Source: Escherichia phage KK4
Sequence record: OR327750.1
Direction: 5' to 3' (one strand)
Length of the DNA stretch: 64,000 bases
The notes beneath the pieces were generated by a model. That model ran no database searches, had not been told where the DNA came from, and saw only the letters and a list, made by a program, of their open reading frames with translations. Positions 19,170-31,745 of the stretch are shown one piece after another. Numbering within the stretch: position 1 is the stretch's first letter; every line of letters begins with the position of its first letter. A program made the translations under genes and the position numbers.

Positions 19170-20008
19170 TAGAATGCTCCTTGGAAAATATTATCACCAC
19201 TAGTAGGTCTATTATACAAATACTCTATGCCACCAGGTTTAATATAGTTCCATGTCTGAAACGGATGTGTCTGATATGGATGATATAGATGATTATAAGG
19301 ATTAAATCCAGGAGTTCTCCAGGTAGTGTTCCAAGGAAAAGAATCGTTTTTGATCATCTTCTCAATTACATCTTTTATAGCTTTTTCACTATCAAAACTT
19401 TCTTTATTTTCCTTTGGTGAAAAAAGCTTATTTTCTACATCATTCCATGTATAAACTCGCTGTGCAGTTTTTGGAATATTGTCACGCTCTCCTCGAGCCA
19501 TCCAATAAACAGGAACATTTAATATTTCACTCGCGTGATCGCAGTGGTGAGCGAGATCGTCAATATAACAAATTACGTTATATTTCTCTTTTGCCTTTTT
19601 GAACAACTCTTCTTTTGAAGAATCATGACCACACATCAATACTTCTGAGAAGGCACCAGGAAAAAGAGCATTCAAATTAAATTGACGATTCAGCAGAGCG
19701 TCAATAGAATCACCCAATGCTGTAACAGCTACAAAATTATAATCTTCTTTTAATTTGTTAATTACACACAGGGCATCTTTATATGGAGACAAGTAACGAA
19801 TAAAATCTGAACGATTGTATTTTTCAATTAACTTGACGCCAAGTTCTTCATCACAATTAAAGAGTTTACCAGGAGAAATAAATTTCTCATCTTGGATCAT
19901 TTTTAAAATATGTTCTAACGGAAGATTATATTTCTGAGCAAAATAAGGAAGGCCTGATTGCCAGCTTAAACATACTCCATCAATATCAGTTAAAATAGTA
20001 GGCTTCAT
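19169..20008 (-). CDS. HAD-superfamily phosphatase-like protein (30.2 position)
   Basis: 279-aa ORF with N-terminal DxDGV motif (LTDIDGVCL) typical of HAD hydrolases. Confidence 0.6.
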   Translation of the reverse strand: MKPTILTDIDGVCLSWQSGLPYFAQKYNLPLEHILKMIQDEKFISPGKLFNCDEELGVKLIEKYNRSDFIRYLSPYKDALCVINKLKEDYNFVAVTALGDSIDALLNRQFNLNALFPGAFSEVLMCGHDSSKEELFKKAKEKYNVICYIDDLAHHCDHASEILNVPVYWMARGERDNIPKTAQRVYTWNDVENKLFSPKENKESFDSEKAIKDVIEKMIKNDSFPWNTTWRTPGFNPYNHLYHPYQTHPFQTWNYIKPGGIEYLYNRPTSGDNIFQGAF

Positions 20009-20469
20009 AGAGAGTCTCTTAATAGGTTTAACACATCAATAAATTCAGCTTCGGTTAATATTGTATCATCTTTTGTTAGACCACTAGCCATGCTGTGCTT
20101 CAAAACTTTTCCTTTCGAGGCGTGTAATGCATCACGAAAGCCCTTGTTTTGGATCGCTGCTTCAAAATATGCATTTGTGTATAATTCTTTCCATGCTGGG
20201 GAGTATCTTGAAAACGGAACTCCAAGCCAGAAGAGGGTCCCACGGTCCTGAGCTCTAGCATAAGACCTTCCAGCTTGTTGGGCGGCAAGCCCGGATAACC
20301 CAAATATACGACGTTGTTGTTCAGCATTTTTCACCTTGCATCCTTGGAGGAATCCTTCAAGACCTCCGAATTGAATACCATCCATGACGAAAGGCCATTG
20401 GGCGAAATTACTTAATGCACACGATGGCCATCTAAAATTGCTTCTAATCTCTAACTCAGACATTTTCAA
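20005..20469 (-). CDS. Hypothetical protein (30.3 position)
   Basis: 154-aa ORF, overlapping stop/start with flanking genes. Confidence 0.6.
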   Translation of the reverse strand: MKMSELEIRSNFRWPSCALSNFAQWPFVMDGIQFGGLEGFLQGCKVKNAEQQRRIFGLSGLAAQQAGRSYARAQDRGTLFWLGVPFSRYSPAWKELYTNAYFEAAIQNKGFRDALHASKGKVLKHSMASGLTKDDTILTEAEFIDVLNLLRDSL

Positions 20470-20662
20470 TACTTATAATTTCAACATCAGCCCAATGACC
20501 ATAGCAAGGAAGACGAAATTCAACTGGCCAGTTAGGGTCCTTTTCTAATATAATAGACTTAACTTGTGGTTCTTCATGTTCATCAGTATATGGATTTTTA
20601 TCTGTTACTTTATATGTGACCTTAATGTACTGAATTCCAAAAATCTTATTAATTATATTCAT
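20456..20662 (-). CDS. Hypothetical protein
   Basis: 68-aa ORF in the tightly packed early operon. Confidence 0.5.
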   Translation of the reverse strand: MNIINKIFGIQYIKVTYKVTDKNPYTDEHEEPQVKSIILEKDPNWPVEFRLPCYGHWADVEIISIENV

Positions 20663-20856
20663 ACTAATTCCTTTAATCCGTAGATAGGAGATAATTCATC
20701 GCCCATACGAAGGTCTTCATTTCCATCTACCCAAGAAACAATATAAGCCTCTTTTATTTGAATACCACTCCATTTAAACGGAGGTAGAACCTTAGAAATT
20801 AATCCAGGTATACCAACTCCCTTTAATTCAACAGTTTGACCTAAAAAGAATTTCAT
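20659..20856 (-). CDS. Hypothetical protein
   Basis: 65-aa ORF, ATGA overlap. Confidence 0.5.
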   Translation of the reverse strand: MKFFLGQTVELKGVGIPGLISKVLPPFKWSGIQIKEAYIVSWVDGNEDLRMGDELSPIYGLKELV

Positions 20857-21143
20857 TAAAACCTCATCTGAAAACCGTGCGATTTAACATTACCGCCATT
20901 AATATCAGAACTATTAATTTCACGTGCAATTGAGGGATCAATGTCAATTTCGCGATTGAGTTTAGTGATAGCTAAAGTATCGCGCCCATTTACAGTACGG
21001 AACTCTAAAGGGCAGACTACATTAACGTAGTTTTTAATCGATTCGCTAGTAGGCTGCAAATGTGCAGGAAGGTCTTTAGGCGCCTTTGAGAAAACTACTT
21101 CGCAGAAGTTTTTACGAGTATCAAAATAAGTGGTCATAAACAT
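20856..21143 (-). CDS. Hypothetical protein
   Basis: 95-aa ORF; start preceded by a GAGG ribosome-binding site lying inside a GC hairpin. Confidence 0.5.
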   Translation of the reverse strand: MFMTTYFDTRKNFCEVVFSKAPKDLPAHLQPTSESIKNYVNVVCPLEFRTVNGRDTLAITKLNREIDIDPSIAREINSSDINGGNVKSHGFQMRF

Positions 21144-21184
21144 AATAATTTCCTCAATGAGGGGCTGAAGCCCCTCATTTTATT

Positions 21185-21562
21185 TTAAATATCAAATTCG
21201 TTAAGAACTACATCAAAGATTGCTTCAAGATGCTCAGGTTTAGCTCTGTTACTCAGAATATGACGAATCCAAGTTTTAACTAAGAGTTTACGATTAGCAC
21301 CATTCCAGCAAGGATGAGTCCCTAAATCGCGTTGACGGAAATCATCATCCAGAGCGATTTTAAAGTTGGAACCTTCCATTGTGATTGAAACCGTGATGCC
21401 ATTTTCAAATCGCATATAAACGTAGTTAGGAGTCATATACTGTTCAATTTCGCATACTGATCCATTTTGATGTTTCCAAAGGCAGATGGTATCAATAGAA
21501 CCTGCAATACCACTAGAAACATATTTACGTTCAAAGTTAATGTAGTTCATTTTATTCTCCAA
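21185..21562 (-). CDS. Hypothetical protein (30.7 position)
   Basis: 125-aa ORF behind an early promoter. Confidence 0.55.
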   Translation of the reverse strand: MENKMNYINFERKYVSSGIAGSIDTICLWKHQNGSVCEIEQYMTPNYVYMRFENGITVSITMEGSNFKIALDDDFRQRDLGTHPCWNGANRKLLVKTWIRHILSNRAKPEHLEAIFDVVLNEFDI

Positions 21563-21588
21563 GATGTTTAATTGCGGTACAGGTATAT

Positions 21589-21625
21589 AATATCATGTCC
21601 TGTACCAAAGTAAACAATTATTTTA
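21589..21625 (-). promoter_or_regulatory. T4 early promoter (GTTTAC, 17-nt spacer, TATTAT)
   Basis: Minus-strand GTTTACTTTGGTACAGGACATGATATTATATAC upstream of the 125-aa ORF. Confidence 0.5.
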
Positions 21626-21950
21626 CTACTTTCCAATGCTGCATGTCAAGTTTACCAACTTTTTTCATCTTCTCAATTAAGCGTTCAGCACGTTGGCGAG
21701 CTGTAACATAATGCCATTCGCCTAATTCATTTTGTTCAATTTTTCCAACGATTACTGTATTCAATTCATAAATCCAACCAGTAAAGAAATTATGAACTTG
21801 AATTGTAAAGGTGAAATCTGTTCCCATACCTTCTGTTGTTTCTACTTCAATAATATCACCTTCAACTGCCATTAAGAACCACATAGTTTCATTATATTTA
21901 CCATTGAAGCATTTAGTTTTAACTGTAGCGTTCAGATTAATCGTTTTCAT
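21618..21950 (-). CDS. Hypothetical protein (30.8 position)
   Basis: 110-aa ORF behind an early promoter at 21965-22008. Confidence 0.55.
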   Translation of the reverse strand: MKTINLNATVKTKCFNGKYNETMWFLMAVEGDIIEVETTEGMGTDFTFTIQVHNFFTGWIYELNTVIVGKIEQNELGEWHYVTARQRAERLIEKMKKVGKLDMQHWKVVK

Positions 21951-22025
21951 TTTATTCTCCTTTGTTTGTGTAAGATAATACTATCACAAAGGAACCGTAC
22001 TGTAAACAACTTTGTGCAATCTTTG

Positions 22026-22056
22026 GAAAATAAAAAAGGACTCCCGAAGGAGTCCT
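22026..22056 (-). terminator. Intrinsic terminator (AGGACUCC-UUCG-GGAGUCCU hairpin plus U-tract) downstream of 30.9
   Basis: Perfect 8-bp stem with UUCG loop followed by UUUUUUAUUUU on the minus strand. Confidence 0.65.
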
Positions 22057-22060
22057 CAAC

Positions 22061-22237
22061 TTATGCTTTCTGCTTACCAAAACGAGAAGCATCATCTCGA
22101 AGAACCGCACGTGCTCGACGCATGATCTTCTCAACAGTTTGATTGATACGAGAGTTCGACCCACGCTTGTAGCCAGCGCGTTTAGAATCACCAACTTTCT
22201 TTTCAACTGCTTTCTTTGCTTTAGCTTGTTTTGCCAT
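22061..22237 (-). CDS. Small basic protein (30.9 position), probably starting at the internal Met
   Basis: MAKQAKAKKAVEKK… Lys/Arg-rich; the 72-aa track ORF trimmed to the internal ATG. Confidence 0.45.
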   Translation of the reverse strand: MAKQAKAKKAVEKKVGDSKRAGYKRGSNSRINQTVEKIMRRARAVLRDDASRFGKQKA

Positions 22238-22506
22238 TATAAATTCTCTTTTAAATGAAAATGCAGGACTTATTGGCATTGCCTGCGCAAGCCCTCAAGG
22301 GGAACATAGGTTTTGAATATTTACCGACAGGATAACCATAAACCCGTCATCATACCACCAAGACTTACACAGATAACACTTTTCTGACGCATGATAGTAA
22401 CATTCAAGAGGTACACCGTAAAACTATAATGATTCGCAAATCATTAATCAGACAGTTCGACGGCTCCTCGATTTAGCTCACACTAAGGCAGTGAATCTCC
22501 AATAAA

Positions 22507-22755
22507 TTACTTCAATGTTACCACAAAGTGACGAACTGCTTTTCGTGCAGCAGAAGCCAGAGGCTTAGCATATTTAAGTTCATCTTTTTCCTGAAGCTCA
22601 GCAGCTAATGCAGTTTGAGCAGGATTCAGATGTTTGAAATAACGCAGGATTTCAAGAGCTTCGGCTTCAACATCAATAGATGCGCCATAGTTTTCGTGAC
22701 CATTATTCCATGCGTTTCGTTGCAGTTCAAGAGCGTGTTGTAATTGTTTAATCAT
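22507..22755 (-). CDS. rIII: rIII, lysis-inhibition accessory protein
   Basis: 82-aa ORF matching T4 RIII length and position next to gene 31. Confidence 0.85.
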   Translation of the reverse strand: MIKQLQHALELQRNAWNNGHENYGASIDVEAEALEILRYFKHLNPAQTALAAELQEKDELKYAKPLASAARKAVRHFVVTLK

Positions 22756-22902
22756 TTAAAAATTCTCGTTAGAGATTAAAACTCGGTAGTCACGTTCTTC
22801 TGAATTTCATCTTCTTTCGACAGATCTCTCAGTTGTAGACTACCACGTAGAATTGTTCGGTTAACTTATTATTCCGACACCCAATTCATATTATTATTTA
22901 TA

Positions 22903-23238
22903 TCACTTATAAAGACACGGAATAGCTTTATAGTGACAAGTAACGAATTTTTGTTTAATTTCTTTTGGCTGCTTAAGACCCAAAGCTACAAAAGGATGCG
23001 GAACATTTCGAATTTGACCAACTGGAAGAGAAGTCAAATCACCAACTTCGCAGAAACCTTCAGGAACATCAGGACCGACAGAGTGAACTACACACAGTTC
23101 AGGAACTTCACCTTGGACACGTTTACCAATAATAAGTCCTGATTCTGTAACTTCTTCATCACCAGCTTGTGCAGGTTCAGAAACTAAAATAACATATTCA
23201 CCGACAGCACGAATTGGTAGCTGTTGTACTTCAGACAT
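22903..23238 (-). CDS. 31: gp31, GroES-like co-chaperonin for capsid folding
   Basis: 111-aa ORF identical to recalled T4 gp31 ([30 protein letters not shown]…). Confidence 0.95.
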
Positions 23239-23294
23239 CGTTTTTCCTTTTTGTTAACAGATGAATTAATAATAACAAATAATTCTTAAAGCAT

Positions 23295-23603
23295 TTATTT
23301 ACCAATAAATTGGAGTAAATGCTCAACTTTCATACCATTAACAGAAATCAATTTGTCAATAGAAAAACCTCGCCATGCACCAAGTTCAACATCAAATACT
23401 GGAATCATGCCAGTAGATTCTTTCCGAGTAGATTCAGTCAATTTACCGGTTTGCATGGTTGGCATAAAGTCTGCATCACGAGTACCTTTCATAACACGAA
23501 TAGTACCATCAGACTTTTCAAAAACTACGTTTGAAACACCCATGGACAATTTAGTTTTCAAAATTTCGCGAATTGCTACTTTTTGTTCAGTCGTCAGTTT
23601 CAT
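23295..23603 (-). CDS. Hypothetical protein (31.1 position)
   Basis: 102-aa ORF. Confidence 0.6.
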   Translation of the reverse strand: MKLTTEQKVAIREILKTKLSMGVSNVVFEKSDGTIRVMKGTRDADFMPTMQTGKLTESTRKESTGMIPVFDVELGAWRGFSIDKLISVNGMKVEHLLQFIGK

Positions 23604-23840
23604 TTATTTACCTATTACAGTTTTAATATGAGTTGTTCCACGTTCTTTAAGAGTGGAAAGTAATTTTTGGCATTTTTCTAAATCAGATTTCCAACTATAT
23701 GGTCTATCATTACAAACCCAATTTGTCTTATAATACTGTTTCCATTTAGAGAAAAAATATTTCTTATACTCTACAGCAAATGAGATGTTCTCGTTAGAAT
23801 AAGAACTAATTGCTGTGAGCTTTACCAAACGAAATTTCAT
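23604..23840 (-). CDS. Hypothetical protein (31.2 position)
   Basis: 78-aa ORF abutting cd. Confidence 0.55.
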   Translation of the reverse strand: MKFRLVKLTAISSYSNENISFAVEYKKYFFSKWKQYYKTNWVCNDRPYSWKSDLEKCQKLLSTLKERGTTHIKTVIGK

Positions 23841-24421
23841 TATTCACCACAGAATTCGTTGATATTTTCCCAGTTTAACTTATTCAAGTTTTTCTTAGGA
23901 ACATTAAACACTTCAATACCTGCATTTCGCAGAATATCATCCCAGCCAGGTTTATTTTTATCATATGTTTCGCAATAAACCAGCTTTTTAATTCCAGATT
24001 GAGCTATCGCTTTTGCGCAATCTGGACATGGAGAAAGTGTTACATACATAGTAGCACCTTCAATAGAAGAACCATTTCGCGCAGCAAACAAAATTGCATT
24101 TAGTTCAGCATGAATTTCATTTTTAGATGACCATTCCGAGTGAGCACTACGATGTTCTTTCGCCAAGACAAAACGATCAATTGAACCAAATGATACGCAT
24201 TCAGGCTTATGACCTTGAATGATAGTATGTTTAGGCTTATTCAACAACCAACCTTGCTCAGCAGCATAATCACAACAGTTCACACCCCCTGCCGGAGAAC
24301 CATTATATCCAGTAGAAATAATACGTCCATTCTTTTCAATTACTGCTCCTACCTTCCAGGAGCAACATTTTGATTCCTGCGATACTAAATATGCAATTTG
24401 AAGTACTGTACTCGCTTTCAT
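23840..24421 (-). CDS. cd: dCMP deaminase
   Basis: 193-aa ORF with cytidine/dCMP deaminase zinc motifs (HAELNA…PCPDCAKAI). Confidence 0.93.
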   Translation of the reverse strand: MKASTVLQIAYLVSQESKCCSWKVGAVIEKNGRIISTGYNGSPAGGVNCCDYAAEQGWLLNKPKHTIIQGHKPECVSFGSIDRFVLAKEHRSAHSEWSSKNEIHAELNAILFAARNGSSIEGATMYVTLSPCPDCAKAIAQSGIKKLVYCETYDKNKPGWDDILRNAGIEVFNVPKKNLNKLNWENINEFCGE

Positions 24422-24756
24422 TTCATAATCACCAGATAAGCAGATTTAGCGGTTTCAACGCGATAAATTTCGTGACGAAGTTTAGTTATACTTTTAACAA
24501 CAGAAGTAATTATATTCAGCCCATCTTTAAAGCGGTTTTTCTTATCAATAAAAACTGCGCCAGTCATCTTTTTGTGAAGCTCAACTGGATACTTCGTCAC
24601 AATAATAGCATCATACACAGAAGGATGAATACTATTCACCAGAGTATCATTCATTAAAGTTATTCTAATGAACTTTGCTGTTTCAGAGTCAAGCGCTCTA
24701 TGATCGCCAGTATCATTTTCAAGACAATTATCAATTATATCAGTTAAATTCATCAT
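24418..24756 (-). CDS. Hypothetical protein (cd.1 position)
   Basis: 112-aa ORF, ATGA overlap with cd. Confidence 0.55.
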   Translation of the reverse strand: MMNLTDIIDNCLENDTGDHRALDSETAKFIRITLMNDTLVNSIHPSVYDAIIVTKYPVELHKKMTGAVFIDKKNRFKDGLNIITSVVKSITKLRHEIYRVETAKSAYLVIMK

Positions 24757-24992
24757 AGTACGCCATACACCCTTTGTGCTTCAACTAATCCATCAAAATC
24801 CAGTTTAAGATGCGATATTTGATCGCCATCACCTGGATTCACAATTACTAATACTGAACGAGGAGTTTCGGTAATAACACGAACCGATGTTTCAGGAAAT
24901 CGTTCAGAAACCCTATTTACTAATTCCTGCGCAAATAGTTTAACTTTTTCTTGGAATTCTTTAACAGTAATTGGTTTTTCACTTAGTAGCAT
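24753..24992 (-). CDS. Hypothetical protein
   Basis: 79-aa ORF, overlapping neighbours. Confidence 0.5.
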   Translation of the reverse strand: MLLSEKPITVKEFQEKVKLFAQELVNRVSERFPETSVRVITETPRSVLVIVNPGDGDQISHLKLDFDGLVEAQRVYGVL

Positions 24993-25513
24993 GTTGATCC
25001 CAGCTCCTTACTTTCAACGTTTTTAACTAATTTGACAGAAACTAATTCAGCATCTTGAGTAATCATTACCGGACCTTCTTCATACTCTTCAAGATATTCT
25101 AGAGCTTTCTTTTTAGCTTCTTCCTTCGTATCAGTTTGAGCATAGATATAAAACATACAACCAGTAATACCTACTACTTTCCACTTAATTTCTTTATCAG
25201 TTTTAATTTCAAATTTACTGACGGAATCATCTTTTTGAACTTCTTCGAAAAAAGAATATTCTAACATATAAGCAATTGAAAATAGCGGGCTAACTTTATA
25301 GGATTCTCCCATTACATCAACAGCTTTATACCAACAGTCATCAATTTCGCGTTTAATGCTAATAACATTTTTCGCAGGATCTATTTTTACTTTAAATGAA
25401 TTTTCCCCAATAAACTGGGCAATTCGTTTATTAGCCCCGCAAGTTTCATTAAAAATATCTTTATATCCAGTTTTAAAGCGATAAACCTTATCTTCTTCAA
25501 ACCATTCGCTCAT
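24983..25513 (-). CDS. Hypothetical protein
   Basis: 176-aa ORF preceded by an early promoter at 25540-25573. Confidence 0.6.
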   Translation of the reverse strand: MSEWFEEDKVYRFKTGYKDIFNETCGANKRIAQFIGENSFKVKIDPAKNVISIKREIDDCWYKAVDVMGESYKVSPLFSIAYMLEYSFFEEVQKDDSVSKFEIKTDKEIKWKVVGITGCMFYIYAQTDTKEEAKKKALEYLEEYEEGPVMITQDAELVSVKLVKNVESKELGSTCY

Positions 25514-25575
25514 TTCAATTTCCTCATTTGTTTTGGTAGAGCTATAATATCACAACTCTACTGTAAAGTAAACCA

Positions 25576-25881
25576 TTAAATCGCTTTGAATTCCGCAGTT
25601 TGAGATTCAAAGCGAATGTCGCCTTTGATAACTAGCTCAGCATCAAGACCGAATACAACAATGATATGCGCGGAACCTGGATACAGTGTAATGGCAATAG
25701 AATCCACCTGGTCTGGAAGCAGAGTGTTCAATACATGAGTCACCTGAGCGTGGATTCGAAGCTCAGCTGCGTTATCAAGTTTTTCAAACATATTATTAGC
25801 GATAATTTGGCTAAACACTACTTCTACGATTTTAGAGTAAGTCGGAAACATATTTACCTCACATAATTTTCTTCGAGCCAA
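25576..25881 (-). CDS. Hypothetical protein
   Basis: 101-aa ORF. Confidence 0.5.
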   Translation of the reverse strand: MARRKLCEVNMFPTYSKIVEVVFSQIIANNMFEKLDNAAELRIHAQVTHVLNTLLPDQVDSIAITLYPGSAHIIVVFGLDAELVIKGDIRFESQTAEFKAI

Positions 25882-26046
25882 TCAATAACATCCAAAGCGT
25901 TATCAAAAGTTTCGCCATCTACTTTGTCTTCTGTTTCATAATCAAGAACATCTAGGCCTACTCTTCCGTCAACAATAGGCCATAGACAAAATAGATATTT
26001 CTTTTCTTTTTCAATTTTATCACAAAGACGATAAATCTTTTCTAGG

Positions 26047-26054
<8 letters not shown>
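25854..26054 (-). CDS. Hypothetical acidic protein
   Basis: 66-aa ORF. Confidence 0.5.
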
Positions 26055-27465
<1,411 letters not shown>

Positions 27466-27469
<4 letters not shown>

Positions 27470-27696
27470 TTATTTTTCTCAACCAATGATTGAATATAAT
27501 CATGCAGGTCTTTAGATGCTTTGCCCCACTTATTTTGGTATTCATTTTTAAGATTAGCACGTGATTGAGCTAATAAAACATCATTAGTTGGAGGTAAAGA
27601 TTCTAATCGCTGAATCTGGCGTCCATAAATCATTGCAGCCATCTCGGATTCATAAATCAATCCTTTGAGATGTTCAAATTGATGCCATGAAATCAT
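27466..27696 (-). CDS. Hypothetical protein
   Basis: 76-aa ORF. Confidence 0.5.
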
Positions 27697-27992
27697 TTAC
27701 ATTTATCCTCTTTTAACTCTTGACGATAATAACATATCATAGTTTTCTGGTCGTGTACATATCGTTTTACATCATTAAGCCAAATACGAAATTCCTGAGA
27801 ATCTTCAAATGGCATACCGACCCAAGCTTTACCATCGATAACTTTAACTTGCCAAGATAGTTTAGCTTCATCATATGACTTTATTTGTACAGGCCAATTA
27901 GGATGAACTGTTTCTTTCTTTACTTCTAGAGGCTTTGTAGAACAACCAACTAGAAGACCAATAGATAATATTATTGCTGATAGTTTAATCAT
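27693..27992 (-). CDS. Outer-membrane spanin (o-spanin, lipoprotein)
   Basis: 99-aa ORF with signal peptide and lipobox LLVGC. Confidence 0.7.
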   Translation of the reverse strand: MIKLSAIILSIGLLVGCSTKPLEVKKETVHPNWPVQIKSYDEAKLSWQVKVIDGKAWVGMPFEDSQEFRIWLNDVKRYVHDQKTMICYYRQELKEDKCK

Positions 27993-28342
27993 TTAGAAAG
28001 GTCCTGGATGTCTTCTGCGAACTTGTTGAAGGAGTTGTTGATTTTTTTTTCAACCAATCCTGGCTTATGAGCCACCACATCCGCCTTCTTTGCATCTTTG
28101 CGCAGTTTTTCATTTTCACGCTCAATAGCAGCAATTGCCTCACGATTTTTATTATTCATCGCATCAATATAATTATACTGAATTCGCAAATTATTTAATG
28201 CTAAGGCGTTTTCATTGGCCGTTTTTGTAATTTCTACAACAGACGTTTCTAATCTTTCAATTTTATTTTTTAAAATTAAAGAAGTTCCGCCTAATGCAAT
28301 TACAATTAATAGCAAACCTGCTGTCGTATTACTTAATTGCAT
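27989..28342 (-). CDS. Inner-membrane spanin (i-spanin)
   Basis: 117-aa ORF with N-terminal transmembrane helix followed by a periplasmic coiled coil; adjacent to the o-spanin. Confidence 0.7.
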   Translation of the reverse strand: MQLSNTTAGLLLIVIALGGTSLILKNKIERLETSVVEITKTANENALALNNLRIQYNYIDAMNNKNREAIAAIERENEKLRKDAKKADVVAHKPGLVEKKINNSFNKFAEDIQDLSK

Positions 28343-28836
28343 AAAGTTTTAATAACCTCTATAATATCGTCTTGAGAAAGACCGTTAATTAAAATATGAT
28401 GTTCAGCTGGAGATTTAGAAATTTTAAAGCATGCCTCAACATCTTCTGCCATATCCGATGCACTACGATTTGGATTACTAATACCAAGGCGGTGTTTTCC
28501 TGTCAAAGGATTAACGATGATATAGCATTTGCAGCTATTGATATGAACATTAGGTTGAGTCTGATTAATGAACACTTCACAATCATACTTAGCGAGTTGA
28601 TTTTCTAAAAAGACTTTCATCTCTTCAACCGCATCAGGAAGCATATCACGGGCTTGCTCAAGACGACGATTTCGATATTCTTTAACGGTCGTTTTCCGCT
28701 TGACTTGCTTAGCTAAATCTTTCTTAAGATCAGTGATATATCCAACTCGACGATTTCCTTTGAATACCGAAATCCCATCTGTAGTATCACCGTATGCTTC
28801 AACGACCATTTCAGTAGTAATAAGCTGCAAATCCAT
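28333..28836 (-). CDS. alc: Alc, host transcription terminator on cytosine-containing DNA
   Basis: 167 aa from the second Met; T4 position between spanins and rnlA. Confidence 0.85.
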   Translation of the reverse strand: MDLQLITTEMVVEAYGDTTDGISVFKGNRRVGYITDLKKDLAKQVKRKTTVKEYRNRRLEQARDMLPDAVEEMKVFLENQLAKYDCEVFINQTQPNVHINSCKCYIIVNPLTGKHRLGISNPNRSASDMAEDVEACFKISKSPAEHHILINGLSQDDIIEVIKTLCN

Positions 28837-28849
28837 CATAAAGTCCTCA

Positions 28850-28888
28850 TGTTATGTCAGTAAGACTACTGTAACACAACACGAGGGA
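28850..28888 (-). promoter_or_regulatory. T4 early promoter upstream of alc
   Basis: Near-identical copy of the 13048-13093 promoter (GTTTAC … TACAGT). Confidence 0.5.
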
Positions 28889-28900
28889 CTTGTAAACAGC

Positions 28901-30488
<1,588 letters not shown>

Positions 30489-30515
30489 AATAAAATGGGC
30501 CTTGCGGCCCACTCC

Positions 30516-31694
30516 TTAAAAGTATTTTTTAAAACTCATCATAACTTTATCATCAACATCATTATCAATCTGTGCAACAAGATAAGATGACAGTTCTACT
30601 TCTTGTGGCGCTGATTGAACATTATCAGAATTAAGATATTCACGAATCCAAGGATATGGATGTTTAACCGGAGCATCGGTAATTGGGCATGGAAGACCGC
30701 ACTGTTTCATACGAGATACAGTTAAGTAATCAATAAAGCTCCACATGCTATTTGTATTTAATCCAGGAACATCGCCATCTTTAAATAAATGAACTGCCCA
30801 ATCTTTTTCTTGGCGGTTAACTTCCATGAAAATATCAACTGCTTCTTGTTCACACTCTTGAGCAATTTTAACCCATTGATCGCCATCAGTACCAGATTGA
30901 AGTTGACGAATAATATATTGTGTACCTTTAAGATGAAGCTGCTCATCACGTGCAATGAACTTCATAATCTTGGCATTACCTTCCATGATTTCCATGTTTT
31001 TATGGAAGTTAAAGGTACACGCAAAGGATACATAAAAACGAATAGCTTCTAATGCATTAATAACGTGCAAACAGAGGTAAAGAGATTTCATTAGCTCACG
31101 CTTCCAATATGTCTCATGCTCAATAGCATCTTCAATAACGTCTTCGTCTGCATTAATTTCTTTTTGGTATTCGATATCAGCTTTAGCGTTTTCCCAATAA
31201 CGAGTTTTAATCAGAACATCATCATAATAACGTCCAATGGATTCAGCACGTTTCATAATAGCTTCATCTAATACAATTTCATCAAATACCTTCGATGGAT
31301 CAGTATAAAGATTTCGCATGATATGAGTATATGAACGACTGTGAATAGTTTCACTAAAAGTCCATGTAGCAACCCATGTATCAAGGCTTGGGTCTGAAAT
31401 TAATGACATAAGTACAGCAGATGGCGCGCGACCCTGAATGCTATCTAAAAGTGATTGATACTTCAAGTTGTTAGTAAAAATATTTTGCTGATACTGAGGA
31501 AGCTTATTAAACTGTGCAGCATCCATCATCAAGTTTACTTCTTCAGGACGCCAGAAAAATGATAATTGCTTTTCGGTTAAATCTTCAAAAACTTTATGAC
31601 GTTGAATATCATAACGCGCAATACCAAGACCTGAACCAAAAAACATAGGTTCTTTTAAAACATCAACTGGATTTGTATTAAAAACTGTGCTCAT
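30516..31694 (-). CDS. nrdB: Ribonucleotide reductase small subunit, uninterrupted (no intron)
   Basis: Contiguous 392-aa ORF with class I R2 features; T4 order denA-nrdB-nrdA. Confidence 0.93.
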   Translation of the reverse strand: MSTVFNTNPVDVLKEPMFFGSGLGIARYDIQRHKVFEDLTEKQLSFFWRPEEVNLMMDAAQFNKLPQYQQNIFTNNLKYQSLLDSIQGRAPSAVLMSLISDPSLDTWVATWTFSETIHSRSYTHIMRNLYTDPSKVFDEIVLDEAIMKRAESIGRYYDDVLIKTRYWENAKADIEYQKEINADEDVIEDAIEHETYWKRELMKSLYLCLHVINALEAIRFYVSFACTFNFHKNMEIMEGNAKIMKFIARDEQLHLKGTQYIIRQLQSGTDGDQWVKIAQECEQEAVDIFMEVNRQEKDWAVHLFKDGDVPGLNTNSMWSFIDYLTVSRMKQCGLPCPITDAPVKHPYPWIREYLNSDNVQSAPQEVELSSYLVAQIDNDVDDKVMMSFKKYF

Positions 31695-31745
31695 AAATTT
31701 TCCGCTTAGTTAATAGTTGGTGACTCGTCCGTGAGTCAAATTATA

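Noticed and set aside
21952-22206. 84-aa ORF overlapping the 30.9-position gene in another frame
   Set aside because: Overlaps the basic-protein frame and the downstream terminator hairpin; the Lys/Arg-rich frame with its terminator fits the context better.
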